From positions 63,509 through 127,508 of the forward strand of contig JACQQV010000021.1 in NCBI GenBank assembly GCA_016206785.1: a stretch of DNA of 64,000 nt, given 5' to 3'. The position numbers and the translations under genes are program-made. The stretch comes from Candidatus Omnitrophota bacterium. GTDB taxonomy: Bacteria; Omnitrophota; Gorgyraeia; JACQQV01. Under the pieces are notes generated by a model that was given only the letters and a program-made list of their open reading frames with translations, was not told the origin of the DNA and searched no databases. Of this stretch, positions 62,442 through 64,000 are shown piece after piece (position 1 is the first letter of the stretch; every line of letters starts with the position of its first letter).

Positions 62442-63997
62442 GCCATCTTCTTCTGAAGCACCTTTTCGTAGAGGGCTTCGATCTTTTCTTTTGTTCTCTG
62501 GATATCAAAATGATCCTGCGCTTTCTTCTGCGCCGCCTCTCCCATCTTTCGGCGCTCTTTTTCTCCCCTTAAGAGGGAAAGGAGAGCGTTTGCGAATGCG
62601 TTGGGATCGCCAGGAGTCACCAAAAGTCCTGTGACCCCGTCTTCAACAAGTTCCGGAATCGCCCCTACCCGGGTCGAGACAACTGGGATTGCATGGGCCA
62701 TCGCTTCAAGACAGACGAGTGAAAAGCCCTCCGGCATAAGAGAGGTCTGGGCTAAAAGATCAAAGGCTGGATAAAGAGTTTCGGGATGTTCCACCCAGCC
62801 GGTAAACTGGATATTGCCTGAGAGGCCCTGTTCGGAAACCAGACCCTTGAGATGAGCAAGGTAATTGGAGGGGGCCTCACATTCATCCCCGGCAATAATC
62901 GCCCTCGCGTCTGGATAGACCTTTACAACCTCTGCCATTGCCTGAATAAATTCATGCTGACCCTTCAAAGGCATCAACCGACTCACTACACCCATGGTGG
63001 GTGCTCCATTTAAAATCCCGAGTCTTTTACGAGTTTCCTCCCGATGTAAAGAGGAAGGAGACGTGCCTTTCACATCAAGGCCATTCGGGACATAATGGAG
63101 TTTCTCGGATAAAACGCCTTGGCCCTCACAGATCCTTTTCGAGGAGTGACTGATGACCACGAGCGCCTTCAAGAATTGAACCAAGAACAACTCAGGATTT
63201 GTCAGCGGTCTATTGGCGCGCAAATGAGAGACGATGGGAATTCCTAAAAGACGGGCCGCAAAGACCGCTACGAACGGCGAGCGGGGACTGTTGTTTAGAT
63301 GGATGAGGTCCGGCTTAATCGCCCGAAACTCTCGAATGAGCCGATAAAAAAGAGGAAGGTAAAATTCGAAGAGGTTTCGAAGAAATCCTCTCCCTGTCGC
63401 CTCCGGCCGAAGTCGAACAGAATGAACAGGGATCCCCATCTCAAGCATCTCATCGGTCGATTTCCCTGATTGATGCACAATGACAACCGGATCCCAACGG
63501 CTTCGATTCAGAACTCTTAGAAGGCGAAGGAGGGAAACGGCCGAGCCGCCGCTCCCAGACCCCGCATCAAGATATAAGACACGGTATTTCATATTTCCAT
63601 TCGACGGACGGGTCTTGCGCACGCGTCGTTCATAGAGGTAATTCTTAATCGCATGCACTGCACGCCGTGCCATCGAACGCACAAACGGCATCGGATCATC
63701 CCAAGCGAAGATCCCGAAGACGTTTGTCCCCCAGAGAGAGCCCAACCACTGCCTCCATGAAAGCAGGCCCTGCCGATGGTAGGCGCGAAAGGCATCGCAG
63801 TCCTGTTCGAAAAACAGAAGTTTCTTGCGATAGGTTCTTGCGTGTTGTTCCTCTACACGCCCTCCCAGCATTTCCCGATAGGCAAGATATGGCGCATCAA
63901 TGCCGCTCGCCACGACCAGCGCCAACGAGATAGCACATCGGGGGTTCACCTCGATCAATTTGAAACGATTGTCCCGTGGATCCTTTTTAAATTCCAC
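62438..63997 (-). CDS. GT4 glycosyltransferase whose N-terminal 120 aa look like the C-terminal part of an ATP-grasp domain; the gene probably continues beyond the window end
   Basis: …FKLIEVNPRCAISLALVVASGIDAPYLAYREMLG… (ATP-grasp C-terminal-like) followed by a GT4 module (…VLYLDAGSGSGGSAVSLLRL…MPEGFSLVCLEAMAHAIPVVST…). The ORF is open to within 3 nt of the window edge. Confidence 0.7.
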   Translation of the reverse strand: MEFKKDPRDNRFKLIEVNPRCAISLALVVASGIDAPYLAYREMLGGRVEEQHARTYRKKLLFFEQDCDAFRAYHRQGLLSWRQWLGSLWGTNVFGIFAWDDPMPFVRSMARRAVHAIKNYLYERRVRKTRPSNGNMKYRVLYLDAGSGSGGSAVSLLRLLRVLNRSRWDPVVIVHQSGKSTDEMLEMGIPVHSVRLRPEATGRGFLRNLFEFYLPLFYRLIREFRAIKPDLIHLNNSPRSPFVAVFAARLLGIPIVSHLRANRPLTNPELFLVQFLKALVVISHSSKRICEGQGVLSEKLHYVPNGLDVKGTSPSSLHREETRKRLGILNGAPTMGVVSRLMPLKGQHEFIQAMAEVVKVYPDARAIIAGDECEAPSNYLAHLKGLVSEQGLSGNIQFTGWVEHPETLYPAFDLLAQTSLMPEGFSLVCLEAMAHAIPVVSTRVGAIPELVEDGVTGLLVTPGDPNAFANALLSLLRGEKERRKMGEAAQKKAQDHFDIQRTKEKIEALYEKVLQKKMA

Positions 63998-64000
63998 ATG

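Noticed and set aside
1-64000. Search for mobile elements, integrases/transposases, rRNA/tRNA genes, and toxin-antitoxin or defence islands
   Set aside because: No transposase, integrase or recombinase-like ORF, no terminal inverted repeats flanking a cargo, and no rRNA or tRNA signatures were recognised. Apart from the listed repeats and spacers the window is continuous, coherent operon structure.

Overview
This 64 kb window reads like a bacterial genome segment that is almost entirely gene-dense and transcribed on the minus strand. It could be from a Deltaproteobacteria, Nitrospirae or candidate-phylum-like organism, although that placement is a guess. Three blocks are visible.

(1) Positions 47-12126 hold a compact putative RiPP (ribosomally synthesised, post-translationally modified peptide)-type maturation locus. 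It encodes three paralogous radical SAM/SPASM enzymes and two stand-alone PqqD-like (RRE-type) proteins. It also encodes an HPr-kinase-related P-loop kinase, a UPF0489-like/TPR fusion protein, a class I methyltransferase, an SGNH hydrolase and a GT-C membrane glycosyltransferase. The GT-C gene is missing from the supplied ORF track. A strongly ribosome-binding-site-preceded 63-aa candidate precursor peptide (3843..4034) ends in Ser-Ser. A divergent tri-domain protein combines an S24/S26-type peptidase, a GNAT acetyltransferase and a nucleotidyltransferase. This combination looks like an HprK/PqqD/nucleotidyltransferase-type cassette merged with multi-rSAM peptide maturation. It is my best candidate for an undescribed system.

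(2) Positions 12.3-23.5 kb hold housekeeping genes: miaA, miaB, an RNase J-like MBL-fold hydrolase, PilZ, a LOG-family protein, an MFS transporter and rpoN.

(3) Positions 13.2-64 kb hold a large PEP-CTERM/exosortase exopolysaccharide locus. It contains a sigma-54-dependent response regulator, a GAF histidine kinase, an exosortase with EpsI, four PEP-CTERM proteins and an ExeA-like ATPase. It also contains many GT2/GT4 glycosyltransferases, polysaccharide deacetylases and an O-antigen-ligase-like protein. Several of its enzymes are unusual fusions: FemAB-GNAT-GT4, GT4-deacetylase, and nucleotidyltransferase-pyruvyltransferase-CapK-like ligase. A 1589-aa secreted multidomain protein sits among them. 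A sugar transferase carries an internal PEP-CTERM-like motif.

Regulatory features seen directly in the sequence include a near-consensus sigma-54 promoter with an upstream dyad. That promoter lies inside the ORF-track-annotated N-terminus of the sugar transferase. Others are sigma-70 promoters for rpoN and the tri-domain gene, two extended -10 promoters abutting start codons, and one clean intrinsic terminator. Two repeat structures also stand out: a 13-nt palindrome repeated three times at 44-bp phase, and a heptad-repeat palindrome upstream of the exosortase.

No rRNA, tRNA, CRISPR array or mobile element was found. The ORF track is incomplete; it appears to accept GTG starts and often over-extends N-termini.
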